In this document: one piece after another, positions 1 to 5,901 of the stretch
How the letters are laid out: each line of letters starts with the position of its first letter
Position numbering within the stretch: the first letter of the stretch is position 1
DNA from: a virus
DNA length: 21,133 bases
Direction: 5' to 3' (one strand)
Virus record (IMG/VR): IMGVR_UViG_3300020185_000302
Translations under genes and position numbers: made by a program
Notes under the pieces: model-generated
Databases searched by the model: none
Told to the model about the DNA's origin: nothing
What the model saw: only the letters and a program-made list of their open reading frames with translations

Positions 1-127
1 TTACATGCCAGTCCTGTTGTTCCACTACCCATAAAAGGGTCTAAGACATAGTCCCCTTCCCTTGTAAATAAGGTGATGAGGTAAGACATTAACTTAATAG
101 GTTTAACGGTGGGGTGAATGTTTTTAT
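1..127. repeat. Left copy of an exact 127-bp direct repeat shared by the two window ends (1-127 = 21007-21133). It is interpreted as a circular-closure overlap.
   Basis: Direct reading shows ttacatgccagtcctgttgttccactaccc...ggggtgaatgtttttat at both ends. The repeat lies inside a coding sequence and the frame is continuous across the junction. Confidence 0.95.
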
Positions 128-794
128 TCACTCCTATTTGTTTTTCTTTCTTACTAGGTTTAGGTGTCTGTATTAAGGGATAGGTTCGTTGTATATTCTC
201 TGGTAGTTCCTCAAAATTTAATACCTTATCTATATAAGATTTTTCTTTAAATGGTTTCATCGCCACCACAATAATTTCTCTTGCTGGTTTAGGTTGGAAC
301 CCTAACTTACTACCTTCGTATTTTTGTCCTATATCTGTGTTAGATGAAGTAATATTATAATCAGTTCTAATATCATTATTACCTAATTCTCTAAATCCAG
401 CACCTCCTTTTTTATAATTTTGCCTTTCGTGAGGTTTTACTACTTCTCTTTCCACTCTTAACCTTTTATCTATTGCTTTAGATGTATCACTGGCTTTAGG
501 AAAACCTGTGTGGTATACCCATTCTATATTACTAAAAGATAAGTCAAACCCTACCCCCTCTAAATCCCTACACAACCTCCATAACACATCACTTCGGGGT
601 GCTGCCATTACACAGATAAAAGAACCTTCCTTTAATACTCTATAACTTTCTTTCCATATATCCACATCGGGTAATACTTTATCCCATCCCTTATTCATAA
701 ACGAATAACCATAAGGTGGGTCAGTGCATAACATATCTACACTATTGTCTTGAACCTTCTTTAATTCAATCTTGCTGTCTCCTTGTAAAATCAT
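1..794 (-). CDS. DNA amino-methyltransferase (beta-class, N6-adenine or N4-cytosine type), 5' part. The gene continues across the circular junction to the stop at 20874, giving 927 nt / 308 aa in total.
   Basis: The ATG is at 794-792. Translation reads MILQGDSKIELKKVQDNSVDMLCTDPPYGYSF..., with the DPPY motif IV encoded at 711-722. It continues ...WVYHTGFPKASDTSKAIDK...IIVVAMKP...HPTVKPIKLMSYLITLF. The frame runs open to base 1, and the codon phase matches ORF 20874..21095 once 1-127 is overlaid on 21007-21133. Confidence 0.9.
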   Translation of the reverse strand, partial: MILQGDSKIELKKVQDNSVDMLCTDPPYGYSFMNKGWDKVLPDVDIWKESYRVLKEGSFICVMAAPRSDVLWRLCRDLEGVGFDLSFSNIEWVYHTGFPKASDTSKAIDKRLRVEREVVKPHERQNYKKGGAGFRELGNNDIRTDYNITSSNTDIGQKYEGSKLGFQPKPAREIIVVAMKPFKEKSYIDKVLNFEELPENIQRTYPLIQTPKPSKKEKQIGVNKNIHPTVKPIKLMSYLITLFTREGDYVLDPFMGSGTTGLAC

Positions 795-894
795 TTGTCT
801 TTTCACATATTTCTTTTATTACCTTCCGGTCTTGTTCTGTGTATTGTGCTGAATACCATTCAGGAAATCTATTTGGGTCTATATAATTATCCAT
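766..894 (-). CDS. Possible 42-aa ORF (below the ORF-track size cutoff) that fills the gap between the AT-hook gene and the methyltransferase.
   Basis: My own translation is MDNYIDPNRFPEWYSAQYTEQDRKVIKEICEKTNDFTRRQQD*. Its ATG (894-892) overlaps the upstream stop (ATGGATAA) and its end overlaps the methyltransferase start. I see no homology. Confidence 0.25.
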   Translation of the reverse strand: MDNYIDPNRFPEWYSAQYTEQDRKVIKEICEKTNDFTRRQQD

Positions 895-1132
895 AGTATT
901 TTTTCTTTATTGTATCTATTATGTGTCTATGACACCCCCCACACTTACCTGGTGTTTTATTAGAATTATATACGATATTGTATAATGCATAAACCTTTCC
1001 TAAGTCTTCTCTTGTCTTTCTATTATGATTAAAGAAAAACTCTTGATTATCTTTTACCCATTGTTCTAATACTTCTTGTTCTGTTGGTTGTATTTTTTTT
1101 GGTCTCCCCCTTTTCTTTTTATTGTTTTCCAT
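887..1132 (-). CDS. Small basic protein with an AT-hook-like N-terminus (KKKRGRPKK) and a C-terminal Cys/His cluster (CGGCHRH). Putative DNA-binding protein.
   Basis: It has an ATG start and overlaps the upstream gene by 14 nt. It contains the RGRP core of the AT-hook motif. No other family was recognised. Confidence 0.6.
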   Translation of the reverse strand: MENNKKKRGRPKKIQPTEQEVLEQWVKDNQEFFFNHNRKTREDLGKVYALYNIVYNSNKTPGKCGGCHRHIIDTIKKKYYG

Positions 1133-1721
1133 AATTTTTAAGTATTTTACTTTTTAATATTTTAATTGTTTTATTATCTAATTCTATATTATCTTTGGTT
1201 ACTTTACTATATCTTTCTTTTAATAACTCCAACCCCTCATAATATGATTTAGATACCGTTGTCCGTCCTATATTAAGTCTTCTACCCACTTCACTGAAGT
1301 TTCCTAAGGTAATGTATAACAATATCAACATAACGTAATATCGTTCCTTATTTGAACCTTGATACATATCATCCAAACAATTCATTAATTGTTCTATCTT
1401 ATTGTCTTTATCAATATCATATTCTGTTTCTTGTTGGTCATATATCTCTTCATTGAACTCATAACTATATTTCTTGTATAGTTTATAATGTTGACTATTA
1501 ACACTCCTCGATTGATTTAATGCAACCCTAACAATAAACCATCTCGCCTCATCGTTATTAATCATATATTCAGCTTGTGGGTGTTCCATAAATGTTATGA
1601 GTATCTCATGGAATAAATCATCCCTTACAGAATGGTCTTCATCTTTTAAGATATTTTGTAACCACATCTTAATATTGTTATAGTTTTTATTTATCCACTC
1701 GTCTACCAAAACAATATCCAA
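1119..1721 (-). CDS. ECF-type sigma-70 family factor-like protein (phage-encoded sigma / transcription regulator).
   Basis: A region-2-like segment is present (DDLFHEILITFMEH...ARWFIVRVALNQ). A region-4-like HTH is also present (ERYYVMLILLYITLGNFSEVGRRLNIGRTTVSKSYYEGLELLKERY). The track start at 1721 is a TTG. The first ATG is at 1667 (MWLQNIL...), so the true start is uncertain. Confidence 0.6.
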   Translation of the reverse strand: MDIVLVDEWINKNYNNIKMWLQNILKDEDHSVRDDLFHEILITFMEHPQAEYMINNDEARWFIVRVALNQSRSVNSQHYKLYKKYSYEFNEEIYDQQETEYDIDKDNKIEQLMNCLDDMYQGSNKERYYVMLILLYITLGNFSEVGRRLNIGRTTVSKSYYEGLELLKERYSKVTKDNIELDNKTIKILKSKILKNYGKQ

Positions 1722-1757
1722 TTAGAGTTATTATGATTGTATAGATTGATAATATTA

Positions 1758-2171
1758 TTAAGTCCATGTTTTTTTATTTATACAAGACATTATGGTTGAA
1801 GGGTGACAATCATAGTCCTTAGACAACTTATAAGATGATATCTTCTCTTCTTTATACCTTTTCCTTATCGACCTACACACTTCCATAGATAATCGATTAT
1901 AAGACCGTTTACGAACATTTTGTTTTTGTGTAACAAGTTCTAAGTTTTCTAACCTATTATCTGATTTATTCTCATTCATGTGATTAACCTCTAACCCCTT
2001 TGGTATTTTACCATTGTAATATTCATAAATAAATCTATGAACATATTCATTGTATGCTCTACCGTCTTGATAAGGTTTAAACATTATATATCCATCTCTG
2101 TGATTATATAACTTTAGTTTATAATCGTTTTGGTTATATACATTTCCTTTTTCGTCTCCGTAATATTCCAT
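1758..2171 (-). CDS. Free-standing HNH homing-type endonuclease with a C-terminal helix-turn-helix.
   Basis: The motif HRFIYEYYNGKIPKGLEVNHMNENKSDNRLENLELVTQKQN is the classic HNH_3 pattern (H-N-N). The C-terminal segment ISSYKLSKDYDCHPSTIMSCINKKTW looks like an HTH. ATG start. Confidence 0.85.
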   Translation of the reverse strand: MEYYGDEKGNVYNQNDYKLKLYNHRDGYIMFKPYQDGRAYNEYVHRFIYEYYNGKIPKGLEVNHMNENKSDNRLENLELVTQKQNVRKRSYNRLSMEVCRSIRKRYKEEKISSYKLSKDYDCHPSTIMSCINKKTWT

Positions 2172-2230
2172 ATTGTATTTAGTTTATATACTATAAATAC
2201 TTCGTCAATCATCAAACGCCCAATATTGTT

Positions 2231-2262
2231 AAAAAAAAAGAGACCCCACGTTTGGAGTCTCT
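2231..2262 (-). terminator. Intrinsic terminator T2 (minus strand).
   Basis: The minus-strand RNA reads AGAGACUCCA-AACG-UGGGGUCUCU. This is a 10-bp stem including one G.U pair, which would be a C/A mismatch on the plus strand, so the hairpin is strand-specific. It is followed by a run of 8 U. Confidence 0.8.
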
Positions 2263-2291
2263 TCGGTATCATGGGAGGGATGAAGCAATAA

Positions 2292-2324
2292 TAAAACTAT
2301 TTAAACTAAATAACGAGTGTCAAA
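2292..2324 (-). promoter_or_regulatory. Promoter-like element P2 (TTTGACA, 21 nt, TAGTTTTA).
   Basis: On the minus strand, TTTG lies at 2324-2321 (TTGACA at 2323-2318) and TAGTTTTA at 2299-2292. The architecture matches P1 and resembles the Bacteroidota -33 TTTG / -7 TAnnTTTG arrangement. Confidence 0.4.
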
Positions 2325-2380
2325 AAATATAAAAATATAACCTCCTAACCAATACTATATATAATAATAAAAAAATTGTT

Positions 2381-2408
2381 AAAAAGAAAGGGAGGTTTTA
2401 CCCTCCCC
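2381..2408 (-). terminator. Intrinsic terminator T1 (minus strand), 6 nt after the stop of the 78-aa gene.
   Basis: The minus-strand RNA reads GGGAGG-GUAAAA-CCUCCC followed by UUUCUUUUUAACAAUUUUUUU. The stem pairs 2390-2395 with 2402-2407. Confidence 0.8.
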
Positions 2409-2413
2409 ATCTA

Positions 2414-2650
2414 TTAGTCAACTAATTCTCTGTATAACCATGGACTACCTTCTCCATTCCAACGACTAAGGTCTATCATCTTATTATCCACATCTTCCCA
2501 AAACCTATTTACCATATCCGCATGTATCTCATCCTGTCTAACCACTCTACCTCTCTTAGGGACATTTGGTAATGTTATGGTAGTTGACCCTACCTTTTGT
2601 TGTTTTAACTCCTGCATTCTACGGAATGCTTCTTTTCTTAAATTACTCAT
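2414..2650 (-). CDS. 78-aa protein of unknown function with a basic helical N-terminus (MSNLRKEAFRRMQELKQQK) and a Trp/acidic C-terminus.
   Basis: The track ORF (2414..2710, 98 aa) starts at a TTG that is itself the TTG of the promoter TTGACA box. The first ATG is at 2650. The gene is flanked by promoter P1 and terminator T1. Confidence 0.7.
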   Translation of the reverse strand: MSNLRKEAFRRMQELKQQKVGSTTITLPNVPKRGRVVRQDEIHADMVNRFWEDVDNKMIDLSRWNGEGSPWLYRELVD

Positions 2651-2679
2651 TTTGTTTATAGTTTTTAGTTTTATTACTA

Positions 2680-2715
2680 TAAATATATGAAAAAAAAGAA
2701 AAGTTGTCAAATATA
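2680..2715 (-). promoter_or_regulatory. Promoter P1.
   Basis: On the minus strand, TTGACA (2710-2705) is followed by exactly 17 nt and then TATATT (2687-2682). Read in the Bacteroidota style, this is TTTG, 20 nt, TATATTTA (2687-2680). An exact TAnnTTTG match (TATATTTG, 2715-2708) overlaps the -35 box. A T/A tract lies immediately upstream. Confidence 0.55.
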
Positions 2716-2734
2716 ATAAATATTTTTTTTTAAC

Positions 2735-2761
2735 TATTCAAGCTTCGGCAAAACTTGAATA
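2735..2761. other. Perfect 8-bp inverted repeat (tattcaag / cttgaata) with an 11-nt loop.
   Basis: Bases 2735-2742 pair with 2754-2761. On the plus strand a T9 run precedes the hairpin, so on the minus-strand RNA no U tract follows it. It is therefore not a canonical minus-strand terminator. Confidence 0.4.
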
Positions 2762-2798
2762 TATTTATTAACAACGAGTGGACAAGTGAGTATAGTGA

Positions 2799-2838
2799 AG
2801 ACACCTTTCTCTCCCCATGAACGATAGATTTAATATTA
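2799..2838. repeat. Copy A of an imperfect ~34-40-nt direct repeat (agacacctttct-ctcccc-atgaa-cgatagat-ttaatatta).
   Basis: The 12-nt core agacacctttct and cgatagat are both identical to copy B at 2935-2968. The flanks match at 7 of 9 positions, and the copies differ by one 6-nt indel. Confidence 0.6.
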
Positions 2839-2903
2839 GCGCCTTAGTCGGTTGGATACTTCAGTTGTAATAGCCTGTTTGGAACAGATAACTTACCTCT
2901 TAC

Positions 2904-2914
2904 AGAGAGGTGTC
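2904..2914. repeat. Inverted copy (agagaggtgtc) of the repeat core. It can pair with either direct-repeat core.
   Basis: Bases 2904-2914 pair with 2936-2946 over 11 bp (one G.T) with a 21-nt loop. They can alternatively pair with 2800-2810. They also overlap a competing local hairpin, acctct-tacag-agaggt (2895-2911). Confidence 0.5.
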
Positions 2915-2934
2915 GTTTCTTGCCTACTTCTTTG

Positions 2935-2968
2935 AGACACCTTTCTATTCCCGATAGATATTATATTA
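2935..2968. repeat. Copy B of the direct repeat (agacacctttct-attccc-gatagat-attatatta). It overlaps the stop codon of the 62-aa ORF.
   Basis: See copy A. The two copies start 136 bp apart. Confidence 0.6.
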
Positions 2969-3149
2969 TATCTCTATCAGTATCTAGTCTCTTATGTCTT
3001 TTGATAAATTGCTCATGAATATTTTTACTAATATCATATCCAATGTTAGATAAGAAATTACGTGTATCTATCCAATCTTGTTCTGTTATATTCTTTTCTC
3101 TATATAAGAACCAAGGTAAAATTGCTTTGTTATTCTTTTTAACACCCAT
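2961..3149 (-). CDS. 62-aa hypothetical protein, the last gene of the long operon.
   Basis: It has an ATG start coupled by TAATG to the upstream stop at 3149. No homology was recognised. Confidence 0.55.
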   Translation of the reverse strand: MGVKKNNKAILPWFLYREKNITEQDWIDTRNFLSNIGYDISKNIHEQFIKRHKRLDTDRDII

Positions 3150-3682
3150 TATATTTCAGGATAACAATTATTCCGTTTAGGTATGTATAACCCCTGAAAG
3201 TAAGGATTAGTCTTATTAGGTAACATACCTTCCGTACCAGGGTTAAGATATAAAGGAAAGTATGACTCATTATCTATAATGTATTCTCTTGTTCTCTCAA
3301 GGTAAAACTGAGCTGTATCTAATATAGATTGTCTTACATACTTTATACTTGTTAGGTCAACAACAGAACTCTCTTCACTTGTAGGGGTCATAATAGCTTT
3401 ATTCTTTATCTTATAGTTCAACGATGGGAAAGCCAAATATACGGCATAATTTGCTAATGCCGGAGCAATATAATCATCTAATAATGTTTCAGTATAACCA
3501 CTAACTGTATTGTTAGATATTTCTGTCTTTATTTGTTGATAAAACTTTGTGCCTAATACATCTTGAATGTATATGTCCTGAGCCTGTTGAACAAAGGGTG
3601 TTAACTCCTGTGGTTCAACGTTATCATGGATAGCTGTTAATTTCTTTAATCTTGCTTCTGATATAAATAATACGTAACTCAT
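3149..3682 (-). CDS. Putative head-tail adaptor / head completion protein.
   Basis: It lies immediately after the portal gene with an ATGA overlap. Its size (177 aa) and helical N-terminal pattern (ISEARLKKLTAIHDNVEPQELTPFVQQAQDIYIQDVLG) are reminiscent of gp6-like connector proteins. The assignment is weak. Confidence 0.45.
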   Translation of the reverse strand: MSYVLFISEARLKKLTAIHDNVEPQELTPFVQQAQDIYIQDVLGTKFYQQIKTEISNNTVSGYTETLLDDYIAPALANYAVYLAFPSLNYKIKNKAIMTPTSEESSVVDLTSIKYVRQSILDTAQFYLERTREYIIDNESYFPLYLNPGTEGMLPNKTNPYFQGLYIPKRNNCYPEI

Positions 3683-4776
3683 TCTTCTATAACTATTTTT
3701 TGAAAGTCTAATGTTGATGGTATAACTCTAATTGATACATTAATACCCATACCCCTTAATATCTTTTCAAGGTTCTTATTAACAACCTTTTGTTTTGGTT
3801 CAATAACTGATGCCATAAAGTGTACATAGGCAACTTGCATCTCGGCGGAATTATTCCCTAGACCACTTGCTCCCTCAACTGTTAGACCAACCAATCGTGG
3901 TGAAGCTATTCTATGGGCTGATAAGATACGACTTGTTATACGGGTTTCTAAGACAACGTAATAGTCATCGTTAGCACTATCTACCGTAGATATCTGTGGA
4001 GCTAAATCTTGACCCTCTGAGAACGTTAGGAAGAGTTTACCTGCGTTATGTTCAGATGAGAATGCTTCATTTAAATCATTATGTAAAGTTCTCATTTCTT
4101 CAGGTGATGGTTCCCCATTTGGAAAGTTAATGATTAGACCTGGTGTCATACCATTAGATAAATTAGAATTATGGAAAATACTAATACGACCATCCAACTG
4201 TATATCGTTTACTGCACCTATATAATCAGGTAGGGGATACAAATCAACACCTGGTGAGTATTGGTAACAATAATAGATTTGACTTGCACTATCACCCTTT
4301 GTATTCGTTTTATCGTATATAGGATATTCAACGGGTTTATACTTTCTTGTGTTAGCCCAATTAGAACTGTAGTAGTAATGTGTAACCTCATCTTCTTCGT
4401 TTATCTTACCTGACCTTACTTTGTCAAATGGTAGATGGTATATCTCAGCAATCTTATCACCCCCTTTACTCCATATAACATTTAAACTAAAACCTCCATA
4501 CAATAGGAAGTCATAAGAAATCTTTCTATAAATGTCTTCTAATGTTTCATCTTCACGGTTTACAAAATCATCACCAATTAAAGCGATACCTTCACCTATC
4601 ATTGCATCTAACTGTGCATTAATACATGTATTATGTATTGCTGAAGTCTGTTGTAATTCAATTAATTTTTGAGGGTATAGGTTATCAGCACCATAACTGA
4701 CCCAATCCTTACCTCTTACTTCTGAGAATACAGGTAAATCTAATGCCTGTAAATTAACTATCTCTATATTTTTCAT
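3679..4776 (-). CDS. Portal protein (HK97-family-like, compact at 365 aa).
   Basis: The C-terminal half reads ...GMTPGLIINFPNGEPSPEEMRTLHNDLNEAFSSEHNAGKLFLTFSEGQDLAPQISTV...DYYVVLETRITSRILSAHRIASPRLVGL. This matches the conserved portal wing/stem/clip pattern. Confidence 0.8.
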   Translation of the reverse strand: MKNIEIVNLQALDLPVFSEVRGKDWVSYGADNLYPQKLIELQQTSAIHNTCINAQLDAMIGEGIALIGDDFVNREDETLEDIYRKISYDFLLYGGFSLNVIWSKGGDKIAEIYHLPFDKVRSGKINEEDEVTHYYYSSNWANTRKYKPVEYPIYDKTNTKGDSASQIYYCYQYSPGVDLYPLPDYIGAVNDIQLDGRISIFHNSNLSNGMTPGLIINFPNGEPSPEEMRTLHNDLNEAFSSEHNAGKLFLTFSEGQDLAPQISTVDSANDDYYVVLETRITSRILSAHRIASPRLVGLTVEGASGLGNNSAEMQVAYVHFMASVIEPKQKVVNKNLEKILRGMGINVSIRVIPSTLDFQKIVIEE

Positions 4777-5234
4777 TGTCTATAATATATATATTCTGCA
4801 CCATCTTCTTGAACACGGGTGCCTTTATTACTTACATCTATGGTATCACTCCAATCATTTATAACTTTACATAATGTTGTAACAAGAGGTTTCGTAAATA
4901 TAGGAAATAAATTAGTACCTCTTAATTCTAAATTATAATACCCCTCTAAATCTTCTTTACCATATTCGCTTGGAAGTACTCCACCAACCCCATTATAATC
5001 GTTTCTATCCCAACTAAAACTAATGTAGTTATCGTTATCATCAACCTTAGTTAGTCTAATATAAAATAATTGACTATCCCATCCATCACTATATAACGGA
5101 GTAATATTAGTTAAGTAATTATTAGAATATTTGCTTTTAAAGAATAAATAATATTGTTCTTGTTCGTAATCTACACTACTACTACCCTTCCTAAAAACAA
5201 GGTTTCTACTGTCATCTGCAAAGTTAAATATCAT
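4773..5234 (-). CDS. 153-aa hypothetical virion-module protein.
   Basis: ATG start and ATGA coupling to the portal gene. It is the first gene after terminator T3. No homology was recognised. Confidence 0.65.
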   Translation of the reverse strand: MIFNFADDSRNLVFRKGSSSVDYEQEQYYLFFKSKYSNNYLTNITPLYSDGWDSQLFYIRLTKVDDNDNYISFSWDRNDYNGVGGVLPSEYGKEDLEGYYNLELRGTNLFPIFTKPLVTTLCKVINDWSDTIDVSNKGTRVQEDGAEYIYYRQ

Positions 5235-5256
5235 TCGTGCATTGTTTTTACACCCT

Positions 5257-5264
5257 TAAATATA
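5257..5264 (-). promoter_or_regulatory. TATATTTA box 22 nt upstream of the 153-aa gene ATG. Candidate restart promoter after T3.
   Basis: The same octamer occurs at P1 and upstream of the scaffold and TerS-like genes. CTTG lies 18 nt upstream. Confidence 0.3.
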
Positions 5265-5285
5265 ATAAATGCATTATCTGCGCAA

Positions 5286-5311
5286 GAAAAAGGGGAACAA
5301 CTACGTTCCCC
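5286..5311 (-). terminator. Intrinsic terminator T3 after the putative tail tube gene.
   Basis: The minus-strand RNA reads GGGGAAC-GUAGUU-GUUCCCC followed by UUUUUCUU. The stem pairs 5292-5298 with 5305-5311. It lies 26 nt after the stop at 5338. Confidence 0.8.
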
Positions 5312-5337
5312 CATTTCACTATATATAGGAATCTGAA

Positions 5338-5871
5338 TTAGCTAATAGATAATTCAAACATGGGTTGTGGAGATATCCCCGTAACCTCAATTGTTATTCC
5401 TGAACGGTCACCAAATGCGGTACCACTTTCTGCTGTTGAAGCAGTTACGATTGCACCTGTGTCGTTACCAAGAATCCAATATCTATCGTTACCATCCTTG
5501 AATATAACAACAAGTCTTGTGTTCTGTCCTAATATATTAAGAGTGTTTAACTTCTCACCCTCTAATGTATTAACAACTAAACTTCCAACTTGAGTATAGA
5601 ATGCTGTTCCGTTCTCCTCACTAAATGCACCAGTCTCAGAAAGAGATGCAGTTTGACGAGGTTGTTGGAATTCAAACATTCCACTACTTGTTAAATCAGC
5701 TACAGATGTGATATCAATAGTTCCTCCCTGTGCGGTTAGAGCTGTTGCAACACCTGTGGATGCTGTAATAGATATGTCTTGACCTGTTGTAGAACCAATG
5801 TAGACGGACTTAATTCCACCTAACGAACTCCTACAGTCGAGGGTTGCCCCTGTATTTAATAGACATGCCAT
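5338..5871 (-). CDS. Putative major tail (tube) protein. A head decoration protein is the alternative.
   Basis: It is a 177-aa Gly/Thr/Ser-rich beta-type protein (LDCRSSLGGIKSVYIG...FEFQQPRQTASLSETGAF...TRLVVIFKDGNDRYWILGNDTGAIV...GITIEVTG). It lies directly after the capsid gene and is followed by a strong terminator. The pattern resembles siphovirus tube proteins, but the call is from memory only. Confidence 0.5.
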   Translation of the reverse strand: MACLLNTGATLDCRSSLGGIKSVYIGSTTGQDISITASTGVATALTAQGGTIDITSVADLTSSGMFEFQQPRQTASLSETGAFSEENGTAFYTQVGSLVVNTLEGEKLNTLNILGQNTRLVVIFKDGNDRYWILGNDTGAIVTASTAESGTAFGDRSGITIEVTGISPQPMFELSIS

Positions 5872-5901
5872 ATTATTTAATTTTTAAGTAGTTTATTGTT
5901 A

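Noticed and set aside
1-127. Terminal repeat as a genuine phage DTR, LTR or IS boundary.
   Set aside because: It is a direct repeat that lies within a conserved enzyme-coding sequence whose frame closes across the junction. Its length equals a common assembler maximum k-mer. No transposase or inverted ends are present. A true DTR cannot be fully excluded without reads.
2114-2272. 52-aa minus-strand ORF (MIPKRLQTWGLFFFNN...) starting in the P2 leader.
   Set aside because: It reads straight through terminator T2, so the FFF comes from the U tract, and then out of frame into the HNH gene. The composition looks non-coding.
2651-2710. N-terminal 20-aa extension (MTTFLFFHIFIVIKLKTINK) of the 98-aa track ORF.
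   Set aside because: The start is a TTG that is part of the TTGACA -35 box, and the extension covers the promoter and its -10 box. The first ATG, at 2650, gives a sensible 78-aa protein.
2770-2960. Possible tRNA, ribozyme or mini-CRISPR in the structured intergenic region.
   Set aside because: I could not build a cloverleaf: there is no T-loop GTTCRA-type motif and no 7-nt anticodon loop on a 5-bp stem on either strand. I saw no hammerhead CUGAUGA...GAAA core. Only two repeat copies are present, about 96 nt apart, which does not fit CRISPR geometry.
5231-5314. 27-aa minus-strand ORF (MGERSCSPFSCADNAFIIFKGVKTMHE) ending in an ATGA overlap with the 153-aa gene.
   Set aside because: It consists mostly of the T3 terminator hairpin and its U tract plus the promoter-like box. 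The overlap is probably coincidental.
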